A stretch of 64,000 nt of DNA from Octopus vulgaris (GCA_951406725.2 CATOCA020000001.1:9486001-9550000), one strand, 5' to 3'. Numbered from the stretch's first letter, positions 1-13,622 are shown. A program made the numbers and translations. Notes: generated by a model not told the origin, from the sequence alone.

Positions 1-82
1 GAAAGCTCGATTGTTAGTTGATGTTATGCTTTCATCACAAACCACTGAAAAAGAAGCAAAATATGGATATGAGAGAAGTCAG

Positions 83-85
83 TAA

Positions 86-132
<47 letters not shown>

Positions 133-198
133 ATGGTGGTGATTGTGGTGCTGGTGATGTTGTTAGTGCTGGTGATAGTGGTGGTGCGGGTGATGGTG

Positions 199-233
<35 letters not shown>

Positions 234-269
234 TACTAGTAGTAGTTTTAGTAGCAGTAGTAGTAGTAA

Positions 270-320
<51 letters not shown>

Positions 321-321
321 C

Positions 322-374
<53 letters not shown>

Positions 375-395
375 CAGCAGCAGCAGTAGCAGTTG
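83..395. repeat. Compound trinucleotide microsatellite (TAG/GGT/TAT/CAG)
   Basis: Runs of (TAG)n, degenerate (GGT/GAT)n, (TAT)n and (CAG)n read directly. Confidence 0.95.
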
Positions 396-982
396 CTATT
401 GTAAATAGTTTGGACATGCTGGCTGATTTGAGGACAATGATTCATGAAGTGTTGCAAACATATACGGAGAGCGATATACTCATACGCTATGAAAAATCTT
501 CAAAATATGTTAGAACATTTTCGAATTGTTAGTCTCCTCGGGGAAGCAAATATTTGCTTCCATACTGAGATATGTACAAAGTATGGATATGTATAGCAGT
601 GACATACAAGCAGTCATTGAAAACGATAGAGTCTGATTAAAAAGGATTAGCCGAGTTTGATTTCCTGGAGAAGAAATTCTTCATCTGGAGAAAATTTGAG
701 GTCATCTATCTTGAGAATGCAACTGAGAATCAAAAGTCTTGGTCAATATCACCAGAAATAACAATTAGCAAAGACTTTTATATTTATATATGACCCATGA
801 TACTGATACAGACACGCATCGCAACTCACAATTCAAACGTCAACATATTACCCCTCTATTACCTTCCTTTTCACCAGAATATAAAGAATCATTTGGAAAG
901 CTCGAAAGACCATAAAAACTTCTGACAACTGCTGGCCGAAATGTTGGGAATAGAAGTTAAATCTCCTAAATTCATATATATA

Positions 983-3504
983 TTGATTGATTGATTGATT
1001 CTAGTTTCAGCTCACGAGTTGTGTCCATGCTGGGGCACCGTCATTTGGTGTTGCTACATGGTTTTATTTCACGAATGCTTTTTAGCAACTGCCATTTGGT
1101 TCATGAGAGAGTTCGATGCAGCTGCCCTCATCTGCACCTCCTGCCGTGAAGTTGGTTCATTTGGGATACCTGACAAGAAGAGATCCAGTTTCATTTTAAA
1201 GACATCTGCATCCACCCCATGCAGGTCTCTTAGGTCTTTCGGGAGGATATTGAAGAGCTGTGGGCCTCGGAAGCCCAGGCTATCACAGTATCTTGTCCTA
1301 CATCTTGATGGCAAATTTGGAGTCCTTGGCACCACGCAGTGGCGCCCAGTTCTGGCATTTGTGTAACTCTCCATGCCAAAGTTTGGGACAAGTCCTTCCA
1401 GGATCTTCCAGATGTATATTATGGCATATCTTTCTCGCCTACACTCCAGGGAATAGAGTTTTAATCTCTTGAGTCTTTCCCAGTAGCTTATATTCTGCAC
1501 AGAGGCTTCTTCTTTGTGTAGCTACGTTGGATCGCCTCAAGTTCTGTGATCAACTTGACACTGGATGGTGACCATAGCTGAGAGCAATAGTCAAAGTGGC
1601 TTAGGACAAGTGTCCTCCAGAGGACCATCATGGTTTCTTGTTCTCTTGTTCTAAAGGTTCTGAGAATCCATCCGGCCAGTCGTCTAAATTTCATTGCCAA
1701 TTTAGCAACATGTACACGAAAGGTTGCGTCATCACTCATGTAAATACCCAGGTCACGCACTGATTATGCCTCTGGGATTGCAATTCATCCGGGTCCAGTG
1801 TATTCATTGGGTATTGCATTTAGGTTTGCATGCTGATAGCATAAAGCTTGAAACTTTTCATCATTGAACTGCATGCTATTATTTTCAGTCCACTTGTATA
1901 TTTTGTCCAGCTCACATTGCAGGCGTTTAGTGTCCTCAGGGTTCTGTATTGCCTGTGAAACGTTTGTATCATCTGCATAACTTGTGATCGTGGCTCTCTG
2001 CGTGGCTGAGGGCATGTCTGAGAGGGCCATTATGAACAGTAGTGGTCCCAAAACAGTGCCCTGCGGAACACCGCTCACTATTTGCGTGTTAATGGAAGTG
2101 GCTCCATTGGCTACTACCACCTGACTTCTATCTTTCAGAAAGTCATGAAGCCATTCTCCCAGTTTTCCAACTATGCTAAGATCACGCAGTTTGTGACATA
2201 TCATTCCATGATCGACTTTATCAAAGGCCTTTGCAAAGTCGAGATATATCACTTCCACATTTAAGTGGTTGAGCAGTGGTTTCAGCACCAAGTCATAGTG
2301 TTGTAGGAGCTGAGTTAAGCAGCTTCTTCCTGGTCGGAAACCATGTTGGGTGTCAGGCAGCAAGTCATTTTCTTCAAGGAAGGTGATCAGCTTCCTTCTG
2401 ACTATTCGTTCCATGACCTTGCTGGTGTGTGAGGTCAGAGAGATAGGTCTGTAGTTCTTGGCCTCCGCTCTGCTACCTCCTTTATGAATAGGGCATATTT
2501 TACCTTCCTTCAGTTATTTTGGAAGTTTGCCAGCTGCAAGGAAGCTCTGAAAGAGGAACTGCAGTGGTCTTGCTAGGACTCTCTTACATACTTTTAGGAG
2601 GATTGCCGGGAATCCATCGGGGCCAGTAGCTGAGTCTGTTTTCATTTCATCTATAGCCTTTATTATATCGTCTTCCTTTATATCGAAGTAATCTATCGTC
2701 GCTGCCTCTGATTTTATATCTACAGTGGTAAAAAAGTCAGTTGGATTGGTGATTTGGAGATGCCCAAGGGGTGGAGTGAAAACACTCTTGAATTGCTCAT
2801 TCAGTATTTCACTTACCCTCATTGGTTTTCCTGTGAGTGTGCCATCCTTTTCAAGGAGTGGCCCTATTCTACAGTGCACCGTAGCTGTTTCTTTGGCATA
2901 CCTCTAGAAAGCTCTGGGGTTAGATTTTATGTTGTCTATAGCCCAGGCTTCTTTGTCTGCTCTTTCCTTTTCATGGGAGAGTTGCAGACATTTTTCAATT
3001 TCCATCAGTTTTATTTTCAGGCGGGACTTTTCACTGCTTTCAATTTGTTTGTTTAGGCGATTTGAAATTTTTGTACGCCGTCTCATTAAAATTTTCCTCT
3101 CTCTGGGGATTTTGTTCTTGTGTACAGTGGCCTTTCTCTCTGGGACACATTTGTAGCATATGGCTTGCATTACAGACATGAATTGTTGAAGTTTCACGTC
3201 GATGTCTGGCGAGGAGAGACATTTAGGCCAATTTTGTTTGAGGATCTCTTTCTCAATTTGTTTCCAGTTTGCCTTATGGAAGTTCAAGCTGGAAAGATTC
3301 TGAGGGTTTCTTGTAGGCTGCATGTCCATGCTTTCCTTTGGCCCGTACATGGTCAGCTCTACCATGTTGTGATCCGAGAGTAGTGTCGGTGTCACTTTCA
3401 CATTATGGATGAGATCCATATTATTTGTGAAGCAGAGATCCAGTGTGTTACCTGCCCTGGTTGGTTGGAGTATTACTTGCTCCATGTACAGGGTGTTGAT
3501 GAGG
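983..3504 (-). mobile_element. 5'-truncated, decayed CR1-group non-LTR retrotransposon (APE C-terminus plus RT) with (AATC)n tail
   Basis: Co-linear minus-strand ORF fragments carry APE motifs (PTRAGNTLDLCFTN, LLSDHNMV), GPDGFP, RT motifs (QHGFRPGRSC, YLDFAKAFDKVDH, SGVPQGTVLGPLLF, YADDT, RDLGI) and the CR1-type C-terminus SYWERLKRLKLYSLECRRER. Broken by stops and frameshifts. Tail (AATC)4 at 983-1000; both flanks are TA runs. Confidence 0.9.
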
Positions 3505-3514
3505 TATATATAAA

Positions 3515-3889
3515 GGCTTATCTGTGTGGTAAGAAGCTTGCTTCCCAACAACATGGTTCCAGGTTCAGTCGGACAGCGTGGCACCTCGCTCGGGCAAGTG
3601 TCTTCTAATATATCCTCGGGTCCACCAAAGCCTTGTGAGTGTATTTAGTAGATGGAAACTGAAAGAAGCCCGTCGTATACACACACACTCACAAACATAT
3701 ATGTTTGTGTGCCTGTGTTTGTCAACTACCATTGCTTTACGACCGATGTTGGTGTGTTTACATAACCTTAACTTACAGGCTCGATAGAATAAGTACTAGG
3801 TTTACAAAGAATAAATCCTGGAGTCGATTTGTTCGACTAAATTTGGTGCTGCAGTATGACCGTAGTCAGATGACTGAAACAAGTAAAAG

Positions 3890-3890
<1 letters not shown>
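3515..3890 (+). mobile_element. tRNA-derived SINE, family A (diverged copy)
   Basis: Aligns by eye with the copies at 10797-13505 and 38060-38477: head tgtgtggtaagaagcttgc, B-box-like ggttcagtc, body gaaactgaaagaagcccgtcg, tail cagtatgaccgtagtcagatgactgaaacaagtaaaag. Confidence 0.85.
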
Positions 3891-3921
<31 letters not shown>

Positions 3922-3957
3922 TATATACATACGTATATGTACATACTTACATTATAC

Positions 3958-3992
<35 letters not shown>

Positions 3993-4052
3993 TATGTGGG
4001 CACAGGACGTCACAAAACGTAAACAATAAAAAATACGAAGTACAAGTACATG

Positions 4053-4088
<36 letters not shown>

Positions 4089-5283
4089 TGTATGTATGTA
4101 TGTATGTATATTATATACATATATTATTTATATTATTATATAATTGAACGCCATGCATCCTCTTCCAAGTAAGTTTTATCATAACAATTCTGATGCACAC
4201 TCTATTCTATCCTTTTACGTTTTCGTTTTTCTCTATTCCTTTCTCTTATTCTTTTACCTCCTCTTCTGCCACTATTCTATTTTATTACTCTTTCATTTTC
4301 ACCTCTTCCTTTCTCTTATTCTTCTACCTCCCTCTCTCCCCTCCTATTTTAATCATTTATCCTATCTCCAATTCTTTTCTTCTCCACTTCACAGTTCGCT
4401 GCCTGTCACTCTCTCTCCCTCACTCTCCCAACGTGACCATCGGCCATCTCACTTCTCTTAAGTTGTGTTTCTTTCTCTCTGTTGTAACTGGACCAAGAAG
4501 AAGAAGACGTATTCTTGTCTGTCTCCTGTCCAAGCTTGTTTTCACGCGTTCGCCACCACAGCCTCGTTGAGGCTTAGCACTTCCTGTTTGTTTTCACTGT
4601 CCGGTTTTTGTCACCAATTTTGACCCTCCGCCAAATCCTAAATTTTATTTAATTTTGCTTTGCGGGAGCAACTGTTTTATCGAAGGCGTATCTTGTGAAA
4701 TGCTCGAAATACGGAAGTAGAAAAACAGCCGTTTAAAGAGAGTAATAATGTAATAAATTTTGAAGATGTATGATTGTCGATTCTTCTTTACAATATCGTG
4801 ATGATATATGTATACAAGTATGTATGATTATGCATGCACAGACACATACACACACATACATACCCACACACACATATACAGAGTGTCTCCAAAGAATGTA
4901 TACACACATTGAATGATTGTGAAGTCAGACGGATTTTTTTTTCTTTATGAACGCTTGTTTTGAAACCTATGATCATTCTGTTTCAATTCCTGTTGATATC
5001 GCAAAGCAATCGTGTCTCAAGCATCAAGGATACTCGTAGTAGATATGACCAAAGCCTCGATCATCTTCCAGTGGCTTGGATTATCCATTATCGCAGCAGT
5101 TAAAACTGTCAACTGGAAGTCACTACTTGTCCGCTGAAGCAAAATTGGAAAAAGCGTATACCTATACACACGTTCATATGTACGTACGTTAAAATACAGG
5201 CACATACGTACATATACACACATATATATATATATATATAAACATAAAATATATATAATATACTCACATGCACACACATACAT

Positions 5284-5390
5284 AGGCGCAGGCGTAGCTG
5301 TGTGGTAAGAAGTTTGGTTCCCTATCACATGGTCTCGGGTCCATGTGAGTGGATTTGGTAGAGAGAACATGGAAGAAGACCATCGTATAT
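5284..5390 (+). mobile_element. SINE family A, internally deleted fragment
   Basis: Head ggcgcaggcgtagctgtgtggtaagaag fused to body tgtgagtggatttggtaga. Confidence 0.7.
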
Positions 5391-7084
5391 GATAATATAT
5401 TTTATGCTGGGCATACATAAACTTAAGATTGATTTGGTGGTGGTAAAAAGAAAGGAAAGGGAGCCGAGTGAGAAAAAATATATCACTGCTCGGCAATGGG
5501 ATGTGATTTGTTTCTCTTCTATGTTTGTTGGACGTGTCAGTTGTGATTGTGTATCTATCGATCCTAGTTCGAAAATGAACGTGACCACATAACACAAAAT
5601 AAATTTGAGCTCAGGAAAATTATTTGCAGCACTAAATAATTTTCCTGTTCGAGTAAATGAAAGTGCACGATTTGTGTGAATTTTTCAATCCAGTGGAGCT
5701 TGCACCTTCTACTTCTATACATAAGTAGAATACATTTTTGTCCTCGAGGTAATTGGTATAATTAAAAAGAAAATGTAAATAAATAGATATGTATGATTGT
5801 GTGTGTGTGTGTGTCCTGTGGTATCATCTACTGATGATGACGATGACGGTAATGGTGATGATAAAGCTAATTATGTTGGTAGTGGTGATAAAAATAAGAG
5901 ACACAATACTTACTTTCATCAAACAACTCTGTGTGCCGAACTCCGAAGCTACGCAAAGTTTGGGATGTGCTTAAAACTTGGGAGATATTGCGCAACAGTT
6001 GTTTTTTAGATGTCTTGCTATATGGCTTGGAGTAAATTGAAAATATCGTCCGGTTTCTGTCCAAACTGAAATAAGAATAAATACACGTATATATATATAT
6101 ATATATAGATAGATAGATAGATAGATAGATAGATTGATAGACAGACAGATAGAATAAATAAATAAATATAATTAGTTTAAACAGTCAGCAGAATTTTCCT
6201 AAGTTATGGCAATCTAACTGGTTTTTAAAATAATTTTGTCCTAATTACAGGACCTAAATTGCACCATTATATAAATCTGACCATTGACTGAAAAACTTTC
6301 ATTTACTGATTATGGATAACAATGTATCAACGCTGATGCGTGTCGACCACAGTTTCTTCACTTTAGTAAGGCTGTTTAATTCTGCTACTTATATAAAATA
6401 AGATTAAAATTTCATAGTATACACGTAAACATGGCTAGTCATACGCTCACATGTGCGCTCGCGGACCCACGTGCGTACTTATACGTCACTATGAAAACGT
6501 ACACATCTTCACTCGCATTTTTCGCAAAATATATACGCATATATATACAAACTCATACACACACACATGCGTACCGTAAAGGTTCATACATACGTCTATA
6601 TACGCACAAGAAAAACCATGGATAAAGGTAACAGAAAAAAACATAAGGAAGTATACAAAGCATAAAAACCACGTTCATATACGGACATGCCCTTATGCAC
6701 TCATACACACACACGCCCATATATGTACATACCCGCACATGTTTATATACGCATACACACACACGCATATACGAAAAATGAATATACATATGCCCCCCCC
6801 CCCCAAAAAAAAACTAAAAAAATGGAAAAATACTAAGTAAAAACGTCTATATATATATGCATTCTTATGCCCGCACACATGCACACATCTAAAACTGCCC
6901 ACTCATACATATTCACACACGTGTACAAATGAATCTATATACACGTCTATATAGGCACAGGAAAAAATGCAGGATAGAAAAGTACAGAAAAAATTATTAT
7001 GTGTGAAAGATATAAAATATATGAAATAATAAAAGGTATAATGAGATAAAAAAACTTTCTGGGACATAATAGGGAAAGCAAGTT

Positions 7085-9245
7085 TTATCTGTTTTCTTTA
7101 GGGGACCAAAAACGTAACAAAAATTTTGTCACATGTGGGCATGATCCGAAAAGTTCTGCCCCTGAGTTTAGACATGTAGTAGGGTCTAAGCTGCTTTTCC
7201 AGATAAGCCATCTCTCCATGTCACATAGACCGCACTTTCCGCTGCCGTTGGTGTAGGGCTTACATTTGGCCAAAATCTTCCAATGGATGTTATAATCGAC
7301 ACCTTTATCATTTAAAGACCAAATATGATTAGATAATTTTGTCGCTTTTCTTTTGTTCCAGTGCCTAAAACTCAGGGTGTGGTACTTGAACCTGGTCTTG
7401 AAATTACTCTCTGTAAGGCCCACGTATTTCTTCGTCGAAACGGTGTCTTTAGTGGTTATAGAGTCCACGGTAGCTTCATAGATGATGGTCTCAGACATGC
7501 AAGCTCCATTTAGCGGGCACAATTTTTTTATTCCTGCATGAACAGCTGTTTTCCTGTGGTTTTTGTGTGTTATGTGTGATTATATTTTTAAAATTGGTAG
7601 TTGAACTAAAACTAATTTTTAAATTGTGTTTATTGAAGAGTTTCCTATAAGTATGGTTAACTGGAAAATATCTATCTATCAGTGTTAAGAAATATTTACC
7701 TATACTGAATGTCACCTCGGGTGAGTAAGGGGGCGTAAACCAGATGATCTTCCTATTTCTATTTCTCCTCTTCTTTACTGTTGGGTTAGTAACAGGTGTA
7801 TATTTTATTTTTTCCCTAAAACCACTATCTTTTAAAGCCTTATTATAAACTGGGGCAACGCTATTAAAAATGTCCTTATCGGAGGAGAGGCTAGAAATTC
7901 TCTTACTATTATTTTAAACTAAATTTTTGAATACTATAGGGGGATGGCATGAACTTACATTAATATAGCTAAGTCTATCATTGGGCTTCATATAAGGCGT
8001 CTAAATATTCTTATTTAGATCTAAGGAAACGTCTAGGAAATTGACAACTGTCAGGTTAGTATTTATAGTTATACTAAGTCCGGAGTATTTCATTAATTGG
8101 ATAATATCCTTCCTAAAACGATCCTGTGCTGCTCCATTTGTATTAGCGGTTAAAGCGAGAGCATCATCTTTGTAGATGGCGAAATATACGTCAGGAAATG
8201 TCTTACCTAAAGTATCTAGGAGAAAAAATCCAATAAGATCGCAAATGCCTGCTCCATCATATGACCCCATGCTCACATCGAAAGCACCCTCTGTGTCGGT
8301 ATTTTTGACCCACTTTGCGTTCTCACTGAAAAGTAAAGTCTTTCTAGCATGGAAGATTATGTCCTTATCATTTGTACTGATTTCTATGAAATCGCTAGCG
8401 AAGACGAGTGCTTTATCTAGCAGTTCTTTAGAGATAGAAGCATAAAAATCAACAATATCGAATTGTGTAAACCTCGCTGTTTTCTTATTCTTAATAGCTT
8501 TAAACCAGTCTACGACTTCTATACTATTGGACCATTGTACCAGCATAGTAGCGGTCTTAATTTTCGCATTTATTTTATCTAAAATCTCTTTACTAATAAT
8601 CCCAAGTTCTGACTCAGCTGGGTTGTTAAGCCTACATTTAGGGTTGGAAAGGAAGTTATCTTTGTGGTCTTTAATTGTAATAAAGGCCTCTTTTGGGGGA
8701 AGGACTTCTATTTTTTTAACCTAATTTAAGTTTAGCGGCGATAACGCTAGCTTCTTTATTAATTTCATTATATGTCTGTGGTCTAGCCTTAGTGTAATTA
8801 TTAATGATGCTGTTGTGTAAGAGTTGTGAATATTTGCTGTTATCTACCAGGTATAAGTTCTTGGTTTTATCCGAAAAAAGAGCTTTTTTCTTGGAGCTTT
8901 TCATGTGTTTTATATCTGTTTTCAATTTATGTTGGAAATTGTTAAAAGACTTAAGAAATTTTATTTTATTCATAAGTTTCAGTAGGTCCGCTTCGAAATC
9001 TGCCAAGCCTTTAATCTTGGGAAGGAAAGTTTTAGATTTTATACGATAGAAAGTATTTTCCATGGTGTCCACTTATGTATTAAAAAAGAAAGCTTTCCAT
9101 CTCAACCGATGTTAGGCGATAATCCCCCAAAAAGCCGTATTAGCTCTTAGTGAAGAAAGCGTCGTCCGGATGGTAATTTATTGGTAAAAACGGTAAGATA
9201 ACAAAAGAAAGAAAGAGACCTCAATATTATGTAAATAGAGGAAAT
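7085..9245 (-). mobile_element. Decayed Penelope-like element (RT plus C-terminal GIY-YIG), Naiad-type
   Basis: RT motifs QFDIVDFYASI, MGSYDGAGICDLIG, IYKDDAL (YxDD) and VNFLDVSLDL; SYINVSSCHPP and RKIIWFTPPYS hand-read at 7725-7975; CSCR-x4-CPLNGAC across a frameshift at ~7523; GIY-YIG IIYEATV...KYVGLTESNFKTR; C-terminal KCGLC and CPH. Multiple frameshifts. Confidence 0.88.
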
Positions 9246-9246
9246 A

Positions 9247-9337
<91 letters not shown>

Positions 9338-9366
9338 GTATATATTTGCACAACAAATATTTAAAC

Positions 9367-9408
<42 letters not shown>
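9247..9408. repeat. (TATC)n and (TA)n microsatellites
   Basis: Direct reading. Confidence 0.95.
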
Positions 9409-9411
<3 letters not shown>

Positions 9412-9777
9412 TTAAAGATATTTACCTTTGAGAAAGATGGTGTTTTGCAACGCAGGACTTGATTAGCTTAATGTTATAGCGTTGTTATATATATACAGTT
9501 CTCTCTGTATTTTTATGTTTTTGTTTGCTCCTTTATAATAATATACTGATAAAACACTTAAACATTTAATTGAAAGTTTGAATTTGTATATTGTGCGTCA
9601 CAAGTACAACATTCTTTATTATTGTGATATTTAAAACGTACGATAAAAACAGGACTGGAATGTTTGGAACAAAAATAAACAAAATTTGAATAAAAGTGAT
9701 AAAAGATTTTGCTTACCCACAATATTCAATAGTGAAGGTTCCCGTCGTGGTTAACTCACGTTCCATCTGCAAGAGTC

Positions 9778-9834
<57 letters not shown>

Positions 9835-9841
9835 CATACAA

Positions 9842-9893
<52 letters not shown>

Positions 9894-10429
9894 GTGTGTG
9901 TGTGTGTGTGTGTGTAAACACAAAGCCAGTCAATAATGATGTGGCGTTTTATTTACTGTCAGTCAGAATCGGAGATAATATAACGGAATATAAAAATGAT
10001 GTATTCCGACTAAAGATAAGATGGTGGATAGAATAGTCTTTTTATTGACCAGCACAAATATCACATTCAGTGAGATTAACAGTTTCACCTATCACTAAAT
10101 GGAGTTGATTGTTTGAATTTCATGAAATACAAGTTATTCTTATTCTCTTACTACCGTCTACTTCATGTTCATGTCTCAGCATGGTCAATATAAAAGTCCG
10201 TATTATATACTTACATACGTACAAATTATGTACATATCGGTTATATTAGATAGCCCATGTTCAATTTCTACCAACTGAGGTCTGATGTGGAGGCCGTGAA
10301 TTTGAGTTTGGTTTGATGAGCCTACTCTGACAAACTGGTTCTAACTGGCTTGGCAGAGGGGTACAATTTTTTATACTCTTACCCAGGAGTAGTTAAAGTG
10401 ATTAAGTCAACACACACACGCACACACAG

Positions 10430-10566
10430 CCATTACTTATTTTATTGATCCCGAAAGGACGAAAGGCAGAGTCAGCCTCGGTGGAATTTGAACTCAAAAC
10501 GTAAGACGTACGAAATACCGTTAAACATTTTGTCCGGCGTGCCAACGACTCTTCTAGCTCACCGCA
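10430..10566 (-). mobile_element. tRNA-derived SINE, family B (dispersed copy that retains its head)
   Basis: Minus strand reads gcggtgagctagaagagtcgttggcacgccgg...ggtatttcgtacg...gagttcaaattccaccgaggctgactctgcctttcgtcctttcgggatc; same body as the 184-bp satellite unit. Confidence 0.8.
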
Positions 10567-10614
10567 GAATATATAGTGAGTCAAATAATAATTACATACG
10601 CACATAAATACTTA

Positions 10615-10833
<219 letters not shown>

Positions 10834-10857
10834 AGGTTGCTTCTACGCATGTGCGAG

Positions 10858-10893
10858 TCAGTGTTGTGTTTGGCACTGAAGCGGTGAAGACGT
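10858..10893 (+). promoter_or_regulatory. Candidate internal Pol II core promoter (Inr plus DPE)
   Basis: TCAGTG with A+1 at 10860 and AGACGT(G) at exactly +28 to +33 (10887-10892), matching the DPE consensus RGWYV and its spacing. Confidence 0.4.
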
Positions 10894-11467
10894 GCTTTTG
10901 AAGCCGCCTTAAATTGAAAATTTTTGAAGCCCCATTGTAAGGTAAGATTCTGTTTTCTGGGTCCAGTGGGAATTTTTGTTGAAAATTGTTTTTTACAGGC
11001 AGGAAGTCCTACTGGATTCAGAATTCTGATTCTGCCGACATGGGGCAAATATATTTTTCTCGCTGAATTGTGAGAATTATGGGGGGATCGTATTCGTCTT
11101 CGATAATTGAGTGAATATTTTTCTCACCTAATTATGAGAATTGTATTGTGCTGTGAAGAACTTTAAGAATTGTGAGAACTGTTATTTAGGGGAGTGTTTT
11201 GCCTCCGAAGTTTGAACAATTTTTACCAATTTTACACCAATTTTTGTGGAAGTTGTGTTCCAGTTGCGGCGTTCCGGGTTCAATTTAGGCCGGGAGTACC
11301 GAATGGCCAGAATATATTTTGCTGTGTTATTGACTTTCTTTTGAAATTTATTTGACTTTCTCCTTTTTTGTTTATTGCAACTTTCTTCTGATTTCTTTTT
11401 CTTCTCGCTTTTTAAGTTTTATTTTGAATATATTTAAAAAAAAGAAGAAAAAAAAACAAAAAAAACC

Positions 11468-12726
11468 ATGGCAATGAAAAATGACAAAATTTTGGAATGG
11501 GAGATCATACCGCCTAAAAAGTGGTTAAAATACCGTGAAGATAGGACGGTGGTGTTGAGAACCTACTCCAAGGCACTCGACACCATCGCCCTGTTCGAAA
11601 AGACGGCAATTGAAAAGGAGTTGGCAGAGTATTTGCCAACAATTAAATTCATTTCCAGGGGTGTCAAATATGCAACGGTGTGGTTGCTATTTGACACCCC
11701 TGAAGAGGCTTGCAAATTTGCTAGTAAACCCCTGGAGGGTAAAGGAATTTTATTCCTGCCCACGTACCAAAAAAAGAGACTGACGAAAGCTTGGATTTGC
11801 GGGCTGCCACCCGGGATAGAACCCGAGTGGATAGAGGAGACTATCCGCCGGGGTCTGGGTAGCAGCGAAACTAAGCTCCTTAATGTGAAAGTTCTTCCTG
11901 CGGCTGCTTGGGTTGGGTCAAAAGCAATTTTGACCCTTTGGACCCAATCAGCCAATCTGGTTCTTCCAGATTTTTTTTAAATGGCCGGATGCAAGTACCC
12001 GGTGATGCTTGAGGTCGCCCCCCTAAGTGTCATCGGTGCTTGGAGTCCGGCCATATAAAGAAGAACTGTCCCCGGGAACAAAATAGGATCCCGGAACAGT
12101 CAAGTGAAACCCATGTAGAAGAGGGAATGATAACGGCCGAGGAAGCAGAGGACTCCTCAAACAGAGGCCAAAGAGGAAGGTGAGCAACAATGGGTGCTCA
12201 CCAAAGGATACTAGGGATGAGGAGGGAAAGGCGAATCTTCCGGCCACGGAGGAGACGCACCCTCCCTCAGTTGAAAAGAAAAAAGAAAAAGAGGAAGAGA
12301 AACGGGACATTACCGGCAGTTGGTGACATAGTACCGGAATGTCCCGGAACTACGTTGGTTGGGGTTGTGCAACCGACGGGAGAAGAAACACCGTTGGCGG
12401 GAACTGTGCCGCCAACGAAAGAATTGAATATCCCGCACCCGAGCAAAAACGATGTTTTGATCCTCTTCCATAGAGGCGGAGAGATTGAAAAGGTGATGGA
12501 AAAGCACCACAAGGGAGCACCTTTAGCCTTCACACAGGACCCCGAATGGCCTCCGCAGATAGCTGTGGAGGCCGTGGCGTTCGACGTGACGCTTGGGCTG
12601 AAGGAGCTCAATGATGATTATAGCTTGGTCCCGGGCGACGCTAACTCGGAACTCGATTACATTCTGAGGGAGGCGTGGTGGATGGTGGAGGATGCGGGTA
12701 CAGGTTATTTTGAGGACGAGTCATAA
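11468..12726 (+). pseudogene. Disrupted ORF1 (gag-like nucleic-acid chaperone with CX2CX4HX4C knuckle)
   Basis: The 170-aa ORF continues past TAA (11978-80) in frame as MAGCKYPVMLE; a 1-nt frameshift then gives GRPPK-CHRCLESGHIKKNC-P (knuckle at 12028-12069). An acidic/charged linker and the 12190-12726 ORF follow. Confidence 0.78.
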
Positions 12727-13106
12727 ATTGTGATATGACTTGAGGGGCCCCGACCTAGAGCTGGCGCATTCCTAAGGGAAGTGTAAACCAGGTCTGGGAG
12801 GAGGGGCTTTGTGTATTGTATTTATATATATTATATGTAATTATTGAACCATTTTGTTGTTATTAATGGACTGTTAAGTCCAAATATTGAAAAGTTGTAA
12901 AAATTGTAAGAGGTTTAATACCTCGTTTTGTGTTTGTTTTTAAAAGAACAATGTTTTAGAGAAGCAGAAGTCGGCGGGCGCTTCTTGTCTTCTCCCATCC
13001 CCATCATCCTTCTTTCATTATCATTCATTTCATTAATGTCCTCGTCCAGCCCGCAAAGCTAACTTACTCTATGTACTGCCTTAATGGCAAATGTTATGAA
13101 ATAAAT

Positions 13107-13505
13107 TAGCTTGTTTACCAACCACATGGTTCCGGATTCAGTCCCACTGCGTGGCACCTTGGGCAACTGTATTCTACTATAGCCTCGGGCCGACGAAGGC
13201 CTTGTGAGTGGATTTGGTAGACGGAAACTAAAAGAAGCCCGTCGTATATATGTATATATATATATATATATGTTTGTGTGTGTGTGTGTGTGTTTGTGTC
13301 TGTTTGTGTTTGTCTCCCTAGCATTGCTTGACAACCGATGCTGGTGTGTTTATGTCCCCGTCACTTAGCGGTTCGGCAAAAGAGACCGATAGAATAAGTA
13401 CTGGGCTTACAAAAGAATAAGTCCCGGGTTCGAGTTGCTCGATTAAAGGCGGTGCCCCAGCATGGCCGCAGTCAAATGACTGAAACAAGTAAAAGGGTAA
13501 AGAGT
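13107..13505 (+). mobile_element. SINE family A, body and tail
   Basis: accacatggttccggattcagtcccactgcgtggcacc...ggcggtgccccagcatggccgcagtcaaatgactgaaacaagtaaaagggtaaagagt. Confidence 0.9.
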
Positions 13506-13519
13506 AAAATAGTATATTT

Positions 13520-13622
<103 letters not shown>

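Larger units (their letters stand above)
10834..13106 (+). mobile_element. Non-autonomous ORF1-only L1/Tx1-like retroelement
   Basis: Flanked by a 12-bp direct repeat tagcttg(a/t)ttac (10822-10833 and 13107-13118). About 630-nt 5' UTR, a gag-like ORF with a CCHC knuckle, no ORF2, and a 3' end at gaaataaat. Confidence 0.8.

Noticed and set aside
18-457. Ser/Thr/Tyr-rich short ORFs
   Set aside because: Trinucleotide microsatellite translations.
6325-6380. Hammerhead downstream of the Naiad ORF
   Set aside because: The core reads CTGATGC rather than CTGANGA, with no correctly placed GAAA or stem II.
7085-7560. Selenoprotein-type Naiad (UGA at conserved Cys)
   Set aside because: The conserved Cys codons that I checked in the CxC...CP..G.C, CxxC and CPH motifs are TGT/TGC, not TGA.
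13040-13106. Shared 3' tail between the ORF1-only element and SINE family B
   Set aside because: Both end in a small GCC/GGC hairpin followed by GAAAT, but the similarity is too weak to support by eye.
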